Below, one piece after another: positions 26,069 to 35,965 of a stretch of 64,000 nt of DNA. The translations under genes and the position numbers were made by a program. The stretch is taken from assembly GCA_001779925.1 (NCBI GenBank), contig MFEK01000014.1, positions 152,168-216,167 on the forward strand, in the 5' to 3' direction. Numbering within the stretch: the first letter of the stretch is position 1; the number at the start of each line of letters is the position of its first letter. Source of the stretch: Candidatus Doudnabacteria bacterium RIFCSPHIGHO2_01_FULL_46_14 (GTDB lineage Bacteria > Patescibacteriota > Doudnabacteria > UBA920 > 2-01-FULL-46-14). The notes below the pieces were generated by a model. It was not told the origin of the DNA, ran no database searches, and saw only the letters and a list, made by a program, of their open reading frames with translations.

Positions 26069-26241
26069 ATCTCTAATTGAATAAGAAACCCCTTAATTTA
26101 TTAAGGAAATCACTTTTTCAGTCGATTTTTCTGGGAATACATTATCCCGCGGTTTCGGGAGAGTACCAGCAAAACGAAATAGGCGAGAGCTGACTCGAGT
26201 CAGTTTTTATTACGCCCAACATCTAATCAATAAAGAACAGA

Positions 26242-26661
26242 ATGCCTACAATAAACCAGTTAATTCGAAAAAAGCGCCGGCCGCTGATTGCCAAATCAAA
26301 ATCTCCGGCTATGATGCGCGCCCTGAACCTGATCCACAACCGACCAGTGCTGTTGAAATTTGGCAGTCCGTTCAAACGCGGCGTCTGTCTCAAGGTCACT
26401 ACCACTACCCCGAAAAAGCCAAACTCTGCTCTCCGGAAGATTGCTCGTGTCCGATTGACCAATGGCATGGAGGTTACAGCTTACATTCCCGGAGTCGGAC
26501 ATAATCTCCAGGAACACTCAGTAGTAATGATCCGCGGCGGCCGCGTGAAAGATTTGCCGGGCGTTCGTTATCACATTGTCAGAGGAAAACTTGATGCCGC
26601 CGGAGTCGACGGGCGCAGACGCGGACGAAGCAAATACGGAACCAAGAGACCCAAACAATAA
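26242..26661 (+). CDS. rpsL: 30S ribosomal protein S12
   Basis: [18 protein letters not shown] and [12 protein letters not shown]. Confidence 0.99.
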   Translation: MPTINQLIRKKRRPLIAKSKSPAMMRALNLIHNRPVLLKFGSPFKRGVCLKVTTTTPKKPNSALRKIARVRLTNGMEVTAYIPGVGHNLQEHSVVMIRGGRVKDLPGVRYHIVRGKLDAAGVDGRRRGRSKYGTKRPKQ

Positions 26662-26733
26662 GGCAGTAGGTGGTAGCTGGTAGTCAGTAGGAAATTCCTA
26701 CAAGCTACAAGCTAATCCCTACAAGCTAAACAT

Positions 26734-27219
26734 ATGCCACGCAAAGCACGATCATATAAAAAACATAAGATAGACCCAGATCCGAAATACAATAATGTTA
26801 AGGTTGCCAAATTCATCAACAACATTATGGAACGCGGCAAAAAATCTGTCGCGCAAAAAATCGTTTATGAGTCTTTCAATTACATTAAGGAAAAAATGAG
26901 CACAGAGCCGCGCCAGGTTTTTGACACAGCCCTCAAAAACGTCAGTCCGATTTTAGAAGTAAAAAGCAGGCGCATCGGCGGCGCCAATTACCAGGTGCCG
27001 CTTGAGGTTACAGAGCCGAGAAAAACCACTCTCGGCATGCGTTGGTTGATAAAAGCTGCGCGTTCCCAAAAAGGCAAGCCAATGCATATCAAGCTTGGCG
27101 AAGAAATAATGTCTGCTTACAAGAACGAAGGTGCAGCTATCAAAAAGAAAGAAGATACTCACAAAATGGCAGAAGCGAATAGAGCGTTCGCGCATTTCGC
27201 AAGATTTCAAAGAAAATAA
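26734..27219 (+). CDS. rpsG: 30S ribosomal protein S7
   Basis: [15 protein letters not shown] and [13 protein letters not shown]. Confidence 0.99.
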   Translation: MPRKARSYKKHKIDPDPKYNNVKVAKFINNIMERGKKSVAQKIVYESFNYIKEKMSTEPRQVFDTALKNVSPILEVKSRRIGGANYQVPLEVTEPRKTTLGMRWLIKAARSQKGKPMHIKLGEEIMSAYKNEGAAIKKKEDTHKMAEANRAFAHFARFQRK

Positions 27220-27299
27220 TTAAACCTCTCTCCCGTCCCTCGGTAAGCTCGGGACGGCACTCTCTCCTCGTCAGGAGAGAGTAATAATGAATAATACTA

Positions 27300-29435
27300 A
27301 TGCCTCGCGAAATACCAATAGAACAAACACGTAATATAGGAATCATTGCTCATATTGATGCCGGAAAAACTACTGTAACTGAGGGCATTTTGTATAACAC
27401 GGGTCTTATACACACAATTGGTTCAGTGCACGAGGGCGAAACCACCACAGACTGGATGGAACAGGAGCGCGAGCGCGGCATCACTATAACCGCCGCGGCG
27501 GTGACCTGTTTTTGGACGCCGAAATGGAGCTCTTCGACGGGCTCAGAGCAGGCAAAGAAGCACAAGATCAACATCATTGATACCCCAGGCCACGTCGATT
27601 TTACGGTAGAGGTTGAACGTAGCCTTCGCGTGCTCGACGGCGCGGTCGTGGTTTTTGACGGCAAAATGGGCGTAGAGCCCCAGTCCGAGACTGTCTGGCG
27701 CCAGGCAGATAAATATCATGTGCCGCGCATGTGTTTCATCAACAAGATCAACCAGACCGGCGGCGATTTTTATAAATCACTCGATTCCATACACAAACGC
27801 TTGTCTGAGGACGCACACCCGATCCAGATCCCCATTGGTTTTGAAAAAGAAATAGTCGGCTTCGTGGACCTCGTGCAGATGAAAGGCTATACGTACAAAG
27901 ACTACACTGACAAAGAGTTCACCATTGTTGATATTCCCGCTGACATGAAAGAGAAAGCCGAAAAGTACCGCCACAACCTTTTGGAAAAAGTTTTGGAGAG
28001 CGATGACGTGCTCATGGAAAAATATTTGGCCGGCGGCGAGATCACAGAAAAAGAATTTCTCGGCGCGATCCGCAAAGCTACGCAGTCCGGTAAATTTTTT
28101 CCAGTACTCGGCGGAGACGGTCGCGGCATTATCGTTCAGACCATTCTCGATGGCGTAACCAATTTTTTACCAAACCCCATTGATAAGGGAGCGGTGAAGG
28201 GAATCGATCTGAACACTCAGGTCGAAATTGAACGCCAGCCGAACGACAGCGAGCCTTTCGCCGCGTTGGCTTTTAAAATCGCGACTGATCCGTTCGTGGG
28301 CAAGCTGGCGTTTTTCCGAGTTTATTCTGGCACGCTCGCCGCAGGAAGCTACGTGCTCAATGGTCGCTCGCAAAATAAAGAACGTGTGGGCCGCATCGTG
28401 CGTATGCACGCGGACAGCCGCGAGGAGATTAAAGAAGTTTTTGCCGGAGATATTGCCGCGCTTGTCGGTCCGAAAGATACTTTCACGGGCGACACGCTTT
28501 GTGACATTGATAAACCAGTAGCGCTGGAAAATATTACTTTCCCTGAGCCGGTCATTTCCCAAGCCATTGAACCAAAAACTAAAGCTGACCAGGAGAAAAT
28601 GGGTATTGCCCTGCAAAAACTCGGCGAAGAAGACCCGACTTTTCATATCAAATCTGACGAGGAAACCGGGCAGACGATTATTTCCGGAATGGGCGAGCTG
28701 CATCTCGAAATCATTGTGGACCGGATGAAGCGCGAGTTCAAGGTGGAGGCTAATGTGGGCGCTCCCCAAGTGGCTTACAAGGAAACCTTCCGCAAAACTG
28801 TGGAGGTCGAAGGCAAATACATTCGCCAAACCGGCGGGCGCGGACAATACGGACATGTTTGGTTGCGCCTTGAGCCGCAAGAGCCAGGTCTTGGCCGCGA
28901 GTTTGTGGACGAGATTGTTGGAGGCACTATTCCCAAAGAATATATTCCCGCGGTCGGCAAAGGCATTATGGAAGCCGCGGACAACGGCGTAATCGCCGGG
29001 TTTCCGGTGGTAGATTTCAAGGTCGCGTTATATGACGGCTCTTTCCATGAGGTTGATTCTTCAGAAATCGCTTTCAAAATCGCAGGCAGCAAAGCTTTCC
29101 AGGAAGGCATGAAGCGCGCGGGTCCTGTGATCCTGGAGCCGGTTATGAAGGTAGAGGTTATCACGCCCGAAGAATATATGGGCGACGTGATGGGAGACAT
29201 CTCTGCCAAGCGCGGTGAAATAAAAGAAATGGCAGATCGTGGCAAAAACAAAATCATCACCGCCACAGTGCCTCTGGGCAGTATGTTTGGCTATGCTACC
29301 ACGATAAGAAGCATGTCCCAGGGACAGGCTTCTTATGTCATGGAATTTTCTCATTACGCCGAAGTGCCAAAGAATGTGGCCGAGAAGATCATAGGCGAAG
29401 GTGCAAAGATCCGCGTCGGCCAGGTTGGAAATTAA
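27300..29435 (+). CDS. fusA: Elongation factor G
   Basis: [33 protein letters not shown] and [11 protein letters not shown]. Confidence 0.99.
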   Translation: MPREIPIEQTRNIGIIAHIDAGKTTVTEGILYNTGLIHTIGSVHEGETTTDWMEQERERGITITAAAVTCFWTPKWSSSTGSEQAKKHKINIIDTPGHVDFTVEVERSLRVLDGAVVVFDGKMGVEPQSETVWRQADKYHVPRMCFINKINQTGGDFYKSLDSIHKRLSEDAHPIQIPIGFEKEIVGFVDLVQMKGYTYKDYTDKEFTIVDIPADMKEKAEKYRHNLLEKVLESDDVLMEKYLAGGEITEKEFLGAIRKATQSGKFFPVLGGDGRGIIVQTILDGVTNFLPNPIDKGAVKGIDLNTQVEIERQPNDSEPFAALAFKIATDPFVGKLAFFRVYSGTLAAGSYVLNGRSQNKERVGRIVRMHADSREEIKEVFAGDIAALVGPKDTFTGDTLCDIDKPVALENITFPEPVISQAIEPKTKADQEKMGIALQKLGEEDPTFHIKSDEETGQTIISGMGELHLEIIVDRMKREFKVEANVGAPQVAYKETFRKTVEVEGKYIRQTGGRGQYGHVWLRLEPQEPGLGREFVDEIVGGTIPKEYIPAVGKGIMEAADNGVIAGFPVVDFKVALYDGSFHEVDSSEIAFKIAGSKAFQEGMKRAGPVILEPVMKVEVITPEEYMGDVMGDISAKRGEIKEMADRGKNKIITATVPLGSMFGYATTIRSMSQGQASYVMEFSHYAEVPKNVAEKIIGEGAKIRVGQVGN

Positions 29436-29446
29436 AATCCAGAGTT

Positions 29447-29773
29447 ATGGAACTGAAAAATCTCGTAAATATTTTACGATTCGGCGGACGGTTTATCATC
29501 ATTGATACTGATGGTAATCCCAAGGCAGTACTCATGAGTTATCAAGAGTTTGAAGAGCTTATGGTTGATAAGGTCGCCGGAAAACTGATTGACGAACTCA
29601 AAGAGGTAGAGCGAGTCAACGAAGAGATAACCCGCGCCCAGCTCACTGATCTGCGCGAAGAGGTACTCAAAGAAGATTTCGTGATCACCACCCAGCAAAC
29701 CATGGCCTTTTCTCAATATCCTGAAATCCGCGTTGAACCCCTGCCTGACAACATCGAAGAAGAATTTGATTAA
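29447..29773 (+). CDS. Hypothetical protein with a Phd/YefM-like N-terminus and acidic tail
   Basis: IIID.DG.P.AVLMSY.EFE.L pattern. Confidence 0.6.
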   Translation: MELKNLVNILRFGGRFIIIDTDGNPKAVLMSYQEFEELMVDKVAGKLIDELKEVERVNEEITRAQLTDLREEVLKEDFVITTQQTMAFSQYPEIRVEPLPDNIEEEFD

Positions 29774-29776
29774 AGC

Positions 29777-29801
29777 AAAACCCGCCGATGAGGCGGGTTT
29801 T
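29777..29801 (+). terminator. Intrinsic terminator
   Basis: aaaacccgcc-gatga-ggcgggtttt. Confidence 0.8.
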
Positions 29802-29857
29802 ATCATGCCCTATTTGGTGTTATACTCTGATTTATGTTTCAGACCAAAGGAGGTCAA

Positions 29858-30337
29858 ATGCTCGAAGACATGCTTGCTAATATGGACGACGGATTTTTGA
29901 TCCGGCAAAGCACTGCCATCGGTTCGGATAGTATCGGATACATTGATGAAGCTCGCAGCTTTCTCACTGTGCGCGCGAGGCCTGTATTTATTTTCCTCAC
30001 ATTCATCAATTCTGTCCTTAACGAGGCTGGAGTTATGGGTTGTTTGGTGATGGTGACAATGCTGAGGCGACAGCAACAATCTACCACGGACAGCAATTGG
30101 CTTGAGGATATACTTCCGCGATTGGATCACGATACCTGCATTCGCTATGCTGGGGAAATCGGTCAAGATCTGAAGATGTTTTCCGAATCTGTAAGACAAT
30201 TGATAGACAACAGGGCGGGTGCATTCAAAGCAGTGCTATCATGCATGACTCAGGTTTTTGGCGATGAATTCCTTGTCGGTGCTTTGGTCATGCTCGAAAT
30301 GATCCGCCGTGCCGAAGCAATGAAGGTGAATACTTGA
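29858..30337 (+). CDS. Hypothetical protein, possibly internally duplicated
   Basis: AAAGGAGG SD; G.LVM..M(L/I)RR occurs twice. Confidence 0.7.
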   Translation: MLEDMLANMDDGFLIRQSTAIGSDSIGYIDEARSFLTVRARPVFIFLTFINSVLNEAGVMGCLVMVTMLRRQQQSTTDSNWLEDILPRLDHDTCIRYAGEIGQDLKMFSESVRQLIDNRAGAFKAVLSCMTQVFGDEFLVGALVMLEMIRRAEAMKVNT

Positions 30338-30493
30338 AAACAATGGATTCATTGAACGCGGTGCCACAATGCCCGCGTTTTTTTCACCCTTGTACCGCAC
30401 TTTAACCGATCGCGTAAACTGCAGTATATCCTAGCTACCCTGCCAGTAATCCTCGGCCGAGGATTACTGGCAGGGTGTTCCTGCAAAATCTTG

Positions 30494-30559
30494 GGCAAAA
30501 TAAAAAAAGCTGTCTCGCGTCGTGCGAAACAGCTTTTTAAAAACGAATCAAACTCCTCC
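30494..30559 (-). repeat. Terminator cassette, copy 1
   Basis: Near-identical to 31419-31481. Confidence 0.9.
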
Positions 30560-30568
30560 GTAAAAACG

Positions 30569-31267
30569 TCAACGCACAATACTTAAATCGTGCAGATACT
30601 GCTTGCGGAACTCGAATATTTCGCTTAGCCGCCTTCCATCAAACTCGCGGCCGAATCGGAACACTATGGTATCGTCGGGAATTTCGTAGGAATAGACTCC
30701 GTTGACACCTCCGCCCACTACTTTCCAGCCCTCCATCCGAGATTCATCTATCTGGTTTGAGTATACGAGGACTGAAAATTCGGTTCCTTTGAAGAAGCGG
30801 GTTCGCCCAAGTTCAGCTTCATCAGCTTTTTCTTCGCTCCAGAGCATAATGGAATTGGGGACCTGCGGGTCCTGACTTTTTTTAGGGTAGAACACGAGAG
30901 TTCCGTCCCTCCTCCATAGCAAAGGTTGATTTCGGTTAAGGCCAACGTTCAGAAGATTTGGCCATAGCGCGTGCAGTGTTACCACGATCTTGTCGTGATG
31001 TTCGGCGAACCATCCCGAGAGAATCATAGGAAACGAGAACATCATGTTTTCATTCTTTCCGACAGACTCGCGGAGCCTCTTGCTCGTCAAGGCGGCCATG
31101 ACTCCATTGTTTTCTTCTTCTGTTTTGCGCTGGCAGACGCACAAACAGCATATGATCATAGACGCAAGTGTGTCATGACCGTACGTTACCAATAGACTCA
31201 ACGCCCACGCCAGAGTTGTGAATCCTTGCGTTTGAACCGTTTCTCGTATTTTCCTGCTATATAGCAT
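30569..31267 (-). CDS. Hypothetical protein
   Basis: Own promoter TTGCTT-N17-TATTAT and AAGGAGG SD before MLYSRK. Confidence 0.65.
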   Translation of the reverse strand: MLYSRKIRETVQTQGFTTLAWALSLLVTYGHDTLASMIICCLCVCQRKTEEENNGVMAALTSKRLRESVGKNENMMFSFPMILSGWFAEHHDKIVVTLHALWPNLLNVGLNRNQPLLWRRDGTLVFYPKKSQDPQVPNSIMLWSEEKADEAELGRTRFFKGTEFSVLVYSNQIDESRMEGWKVVGGGVNGVYSYEIPDDTIVFRFGREFDGRRLSEIFEFRKQYLHDLSIVR

Positions 31268-31418
31268 GGCTTCTCTCCTCCTTCGGAGATTCTTTATGTA
31301 ATTCTGTTCTGTAATCCGTCCAATGGACATTGGATCGGTGTCCTCACTATCTTCAGAATTAACAAAATATAATACATCGTTTTTCCCAAAAAAGCAAGGG
31401 CACAGTTTTCTCGACTTT

Positions 31419-31481
31419 GGCAAAATAAAAAAGCTGTCTCGCGTCGTGCGAAACAGCTTTTTAAAACGATCAAACTCCTCC
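31419..31481 (-). repeat. Terminator cassette, copy 2
   Basis: aaaaagctgtctcgc-gtcgt-gcgaaacagcttttt plus caaactcctcc. Confidence 0.9.
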
Positions 31482-31492
31482 ATAGAGTTTTG

Positions 31493-31690
31493 TTAGTAAG
31501 CTCCGACCGGGTTTCGAAGCCAATCAGCGCACTCCTTTCGATCGCGGCCGATATAGATCTCAGCACCGTTGAGAGAATGATCAACGATCACGAACGTTCC
31601 GTCGGTCGCGTTTTCAATCGTGCATTCGAGTGCGTTCCAGTGAGCCTGAAACTCAGGTGGGTACACAAATCCGAATTGTTTGTTTTCCAT
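31493..31690 (-). CDS. Hypothetical small protein
   Basis: GAGG SD; sits between the upstream ORF and the terminator. Confidence 0.65.
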   Translation of the reverse strand: MENKQFGFVYPPEFQAHWNALECTIENATDGTFVIVDHSLNGAEIYIGRDRKECADWLRNPVGAY

Positions 31691-31712
31691 TTCTGGACCT
31701 CGTTTTTTGGGA

Positions 31713-32021
31713 TTACCAAGGTTTGATTTTCCAGTCGTCGGCTTGACCGGCTGTGGTGGCGAGAAAAGCAGATTTGAAGCTTTCGTAGTCAGCCCGCGTT
31801 AGTTCATCGTGTTGCCCGTACCCATCGATCGTCAGCCTTTCCGGCACGGTCTCACCTTCTCTCACGAGAAAATGATGTTTGCTGTACAGGTAGTCCCGAA
31901 GAGCCGGAAACTCGCCGATAGCGCCATTCCTTAGACTACTGAGCGCAAATAAGGCATCGTTGAATTGCTTGCGGTCTCGGGCCTTTGCGTCCTGGTTATT
32001 CCAAAATCTTCTGGCGTTCAT
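31713..32021 (-). CDS. Hypothetical protein
   Basis: AGGAGG SD after the repeated hairpin leader. Confidence 0.7.
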   Translation of the reverse strand: MNARRFWNNQDAKARDRKQFNDALFALSSLRNGAIGEFPALRDYLYSKHHFLVREGETVPERLTIDGYGQHDELTRADYESFKSAFLATTAGQADDWKIKPW

Positions 32022-32139
32022 GTGTCCTCCTCTAGAAAATTAGGGATCGTCTTTCTCCCTTCAAAATCCACTTTAGAAAAATGAACTTGGAAGGTCATAG
32101 AGCGAACCGCACGAATTGCGCGATTCGCTCTGTTGGGTA

Positions 32140-32445
32140 TCACTGCGTTGGCTGGCTCGAGAGAATTCTGATGCTCAAAAACAAGAACACGACCCAGACT
32201 CCGTAAAACTTTATCCGGAACCAGAAGGCGGCGTTTCGCAGATTCTGGATTTCCATCCAAGCGCGGCCTGGGTTGGCGACTATCCAAGCCTGGGCTGGAT
32301 CAGCGGCTGGATGGCAAAGTGCCGTGAGCGACCGGCGAAGTCGCCGCTGGAAATGCATTTCAAAGACGATCGTGGCTGTCATGGTCGTGACTGCGAGAGC
32401 CATGACGTACCACAAGATTCCCGAAAGCCGGATTACATCTTCCAT
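32140..32445 (-). CDS. Hypothetical two-TM protein
   Basis: GGAGGAG SD after the repeated hairpin leader. Confidence 0.65.
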   Translation of the reverse strand: MEDVIRLSGILWYVMALAVTTMTATIVFEMHFQRRLRRSLTALCHPAADPAQAWIVANPGRAWMEIQNLRNAAFWFRIKFYGVWVVFLFLSIRILSSQPTQ

Positions 32446-32569
32446 TTTCTCCTCCAAACAATTGAATTTAGGTTTGCTGTCCCTTCCAAACCCACCTTAC
32501 TTAAATTTAAAAGTTGAACTTGGAAGGGTCACAGAGCGAATCGCAAATTGCGCGATTCGCTCTGTTGTG

Positions 32570-33049
32570 TTACTTGGTCGTTCGAGACATGAGCGCGAAA
32601 ATTTTTCCTGAACCGTCGCTGTAAAGGCCGCTTTTCTTGTTGCTATAGTGCGCGGTCAGAATAACTTTTCGTTTTGCCGGGATCAGGGTTGGGATGCCGC
32701 TCGCGTATACCCAGCCGGTATTAGCTCCCAAAGGGTAATTTGTCCCATTAGCCATGATTTCGAAATTGAGCGTACGCTCATGGGCGCAGACCTGCAGCAA
32801 GACTGCAGCGTCAGCGTATTGAAAACCCACAGGGCGCATCCAATCTCTCTCCACCTCCCACATGGGCCGATGGAAACGGCAGATCAAAACTTCCCGATTC
32901 ACGACTCCATGTCCCCAGTTGCGGAAATGTCCGAAGTGCTGGTCATCGAAATAATCAAAGGTGTCGACGATCTCAGCTTTTAAGAGCATTTCAGGAATTG
33001 TAAGGTCATAGTCAACGTGGCCAAAAAGTCTTGCCAATTTTTCAATCAT
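32570..33049 (-). CDS. Hypothetical protein
   Basis: AAAGGAG SD before MIEKL; VDYDLTI.EM pattern. Confidence 0.65.
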   Translation of the reverse strand: MIEKLARLFGHVDYDLTIPEMLLKAEIVDTFDYFDDQHFGHFRNWGHGVVNREVLICRFHRPMWEVERDWMRPVGFQYADAAVLLQVCAHERTLNFEIMANGTNYPLGANTGWVYASGIPTLIPAKRKVILTAHYSNKKSGLYSDGSGKIFALMSRTTK

Positions 33050-33573
33050 TTGGAATCTCCTTTCAAATTCAGACTTCACAGGTGCACTATGCACCTCCGT
33101 CCAAACCCTATTCAGAAACTCCGCAAAAAAAGTTTCGAAGGTGCTGTTTTAGAATATCCTCATTTTCATCTATACTAGGTCATGATTTCCTCCTTTAGAA
33201 AATCTCGGGTTTTGCATTCTCCTTTCCAAATTCACTAAACTCTTGTAGCAAACTTGGAAGGAAAAACGACTTCCAATCCTAGCATATTTTTGCGGTTTTG
33301 TCGAGCGGGGCTCCATCCTTCATAATCTCCCCCTTATCATGGGGGAGAGAACAGCGGAACATCAAAAAACCCGCCTAATTGGCGGATTGGGATTTTTGGG
33401 CACAGAGTATTATTTTACTCCTTTTTGGCGGTATTGTCAATACTCGAGTTGCTGCTTTTGGCTTAGATAAGCGAAAAGGGAACTTTATTTTGGCTAGGGT
33501 TAGCCAAAAGATGCCTGGATTCCGGATCAAGTCCGGAATGACAGGAATTAGGGGGAGAAAATAGCGGAAATCC

Positions 33574-33602
33574 TTGACTCTGCTGTTCGGAACTGCTATA
33601 TT
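33574..33602 (+). promoter_or_regulatory. tuf/S10 promoter
   Basis: TTGACT-N17-TATATT with TGn. Confidence 0.7.
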
Positions 33603-33670
33603 TTGACAGTTAGCCTGAATTTAATTATAATCTTTAAACAATATTAATCTTTTAGGAGTTACATAAACGC

Positions 33671-34861
33671 ATGGCTGAAGGGAAATTTTCACGAAATAAG
33701 CCCCACATCAACGTTGGAACCATTGGACACGTTGACCACGGCAAGACCACGCTGACCGCAGCGATTACGCATTATTTGGTGTCCAAGGGCATTGCCGGAA
33801 ACAAAGAGCGCTCTTATGACTCCATTGATAACGCGCCGGAAGAAAAGGCTCGCGGCATCACTATCAACACCTCGCACGTCGAATACGAGAGCGAAAAGCG
33901 CCACTACGCGCACGTTGACGCTCCGGGACATGCTGATTACATCAAAAACATGATCACTGGCGCGGCCCAAATGGACGGCGCGGTTTTGGTCGTGTCTGCC
34001 GCTGACGGCCCAATGCCGCAGACTCGCGAACACATTCTGCTTGCGAGACAGGTAGGCGTGCCGCACATCATTGTGTTCCTCAACAAAGTAGACATGGTTG
34101 ATGATAAAGAACTTATTGACCTCGTAGAAGAAGAGGTCCGCGATTTGCTTAACAAATATCAGTACCCGGGTAAAGACACTCCGATCATCCGCGGCTCTGC
34201 TCTCAAAGCTGTTGAAAACGATGCTGCCGGCCTCGAATCTATCGGCAAGCTTGTCGAAACCATGGACACTTATTTCCCAGAGCCGACACGTGACACTGAC
34301 AAGCCGTTCCTCATGCCGATCGAAGACATTTTTTCCATTGAAGGACGCGGCACTGTGGTTACCGGAAGAATCGAGCGTGGCATGATCAAGCTTAACGATG
34401 AGGTGGAAATCATCGGTCTCAAAGACACACAGAAGACTGTGGTGACCGGCATTGAAATGTTCAACAAATCCCTGGACGAAGGCAGAGCTGGCGACAACGC
34501 CGGCATCCTTATCCGCGGCACCAAAAAAGAAGACGTGGAACGAGGCCAGGTTTTGGCCAAGCCCGGTTCAATCACTCCGCATACCGAGTTCGAAGCTGAG
34601 GTATACATTCTGACCAAAGAAGAAGGCGGCAGACATACAGCATTCTTTTCCGGTTACAAACCGCAGTTTTATATCCGCACCACTGATGTTACCGGTGATG
34701 TTACCTTGGCTGCCGGCAAAGAAATGGTTATGCCTGGCGATACAGTTAACCTTACAATCAAGCTCATCAGCCCGGTTGCTTTGGAAGAGAAATCCAAATT
34801 CGCCATCCGCGAAGGCGGGCACACTGTCGGCGCGGGCGTTGTAACCAAGATTCTGAAATAA
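33671..34861 (+). CDS. tuf: Elongation factor Tu
   Basis: [18 protein letters not shown] and GSA motifs. Confidence 0.99.
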   Translation: MAEGKFSRNKPHINVGTIGHVDHGKTTLTAAITHYLVSKGIAGNKERSYDSIDNAPEEKARGITINTSHVEYESEKRHYAHVDAPGHADYIKNMITGAAQMDGAVLVVSAADGPMPQTREHILLARQVGVPHIIVFLNKVDMVDDKELIDLVEEEVRDLLNKYQYPGKDTPIIRGSALKAVENDAAGLESIGKLVETMDTYFPEPTRDTDKPFLMPIEDIFSIEGRGTVVTGRIERGMIKLNDEVEIIGLKDTQKTVVTGIEMFNKSLDEGRAGDNAGILIRGTKKEDVERGQVLAKPGSITPHTEFEAEVYILTKEEGGRHTAFFSGYKPQFYIRTTDVTGDVTLAAGKEMVMPGDTVNLTIKLISPVALEEKSKFAIREGGHTVGAGVVTKILK

Positions 34862-34865
34862 CACA

Positions 34866-35204
34866 GTGAGCGCCAAGGCAAAAATAGCAACAGAAGAGGC
34901 AGTTCAGCGGATTCGGATTAAGATCCGGGCATATGACCACAAACTCATAGATCAAAGCGCAAAGCAGATTGTGGATACCGCGCGCAAAAGCGGTGCCTCG
35001 ATCGCAGGACCAGTGCCGTTGCCGACCGAAAAAACCAAATACACGGTTCTGAAATCCACGTTTGTGCACAAAGATTCCCGAGATCAGTATGAGATGCGCA
35101 TTCATAAACGTCTTATAGATATTCTTTCTCCAACGCAAAAAACTATTGATTCGCTAACAAACCTGAATCTCCCGGCGGGCGTGGATGTAGAGATAAAAAT
35201 GTAG
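34866..35204 (+). CDS. rpsJ: 30S ribosomal protein S10
   Basis: [17 protein letters not shown] and HKRLIDI. Confidence 0.98.
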   Translation: MSAKAKIATEEAVQRIRIKIRAYDHKLIDQSAKQIVDTARKSGASIAGPVPLPTEKTKYTVLKSTFVHKDSRDQYEMRIHKRLIDILSPTQKTIDSLTNLNLPAGVDVEIKM

Positions 35205-35401
35205 TAAGCTTGACGAATTACGAATAGGTGCGAATATATAATCCGTACCAAAGTAAGTAGGTTCTAAGAAGATTTAGTTTAGAAAACTCTTCTTCTCAGA
35301 TAACGATTTACTGGTGATAAAATCTGACATTCAAGATTTATTGCTGGTCGATCATGACCAGCTTTTTCGTAAATTCATAAACATTCGTTATTCCTAAAAC
35401 T

Positions 35402-35965
35402 ATGGATAAATATATCCAAGCAAAAAAAGTAAATATGACCCAGGTGTGGACAGCAGAAGGCAAGGTTGTGCCAGTGACGGTGTTGCACGTTGACGCAGGC
35501 TCTGAAATTTCTGATCTGCAACCAGGAACAGTCATTCACATCAGCGGGCGTAGCCGCGGCCGCGGTTTTGCCGGGCCGGTAAAGCGGCATGGGTTTCATG
35601 GTGCTCCGGCATCCCACGGACATGACCATCCTCGAGCTGTCGGGTCTATTGGTAACCGCTTTCCCCAGCACACTAGGCCTGGGATGCGCATGGCCGGCCG
35701 CATGGGCGGGAAGAACGCGACTGTAAAAAATTCGATTGTCATTACCGTGGATGTGGAAAACAAGCTCATTGTTGTTAAAGGCGGAGTGCCGGGGCACCCG
35801 GAGAGTAAGGTTAAAATCGGCGTAACTGCAGAAAAAAAGACTGCTCCGGAGATAGTGAAATACGTGACAGCACCGACCAGCCAAACCTTTCTCACTGAAA
35901 CCAAAGCTCAGACTGAGGTTCCAGAGAGTCCGAAAGCTCAAGAAGGAGAAGCAAATGCAAGCTAA
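35402..35965 (+). CDS. rplC: 50S ribosomal protein L3, internally shortened
   Basis: K..MTQ, PVTV, G.GFAG.VKRHGF, SHG, GSIG and VKGGVPG. Confidence 0.95.
   Translation: MDKYIQAKKVNMTQVWTAEGKVVPVTVLHVDAGSEISDLQPGTVIHISGRSRGRGFAGPVKRHGFHGAPASHGHDHPRAVGSIGNRFPQHTRPGMRMAGRMGGKNATVKNSIVITVDVENKLIVVKGGVPGHPESKVKIGVTAEKKTAPEIVKYVTAPTSQTFLTETKAQTEVPESPKAQEGEANAS

Noticed and set aside
30349-31584. ORFs sharing KSCFARRETAF, and the 31483 start
   Set aside because: These are translations of the duplicated terminator cassette, not a protein repeat.
30494-33270. CRISPR array or integron attC sites
   Set aside because: The spacers are gene-sized and irregular, no consistent RYYYAAC/GTTRRRY ends were seen, and no cas or intI gene is present.
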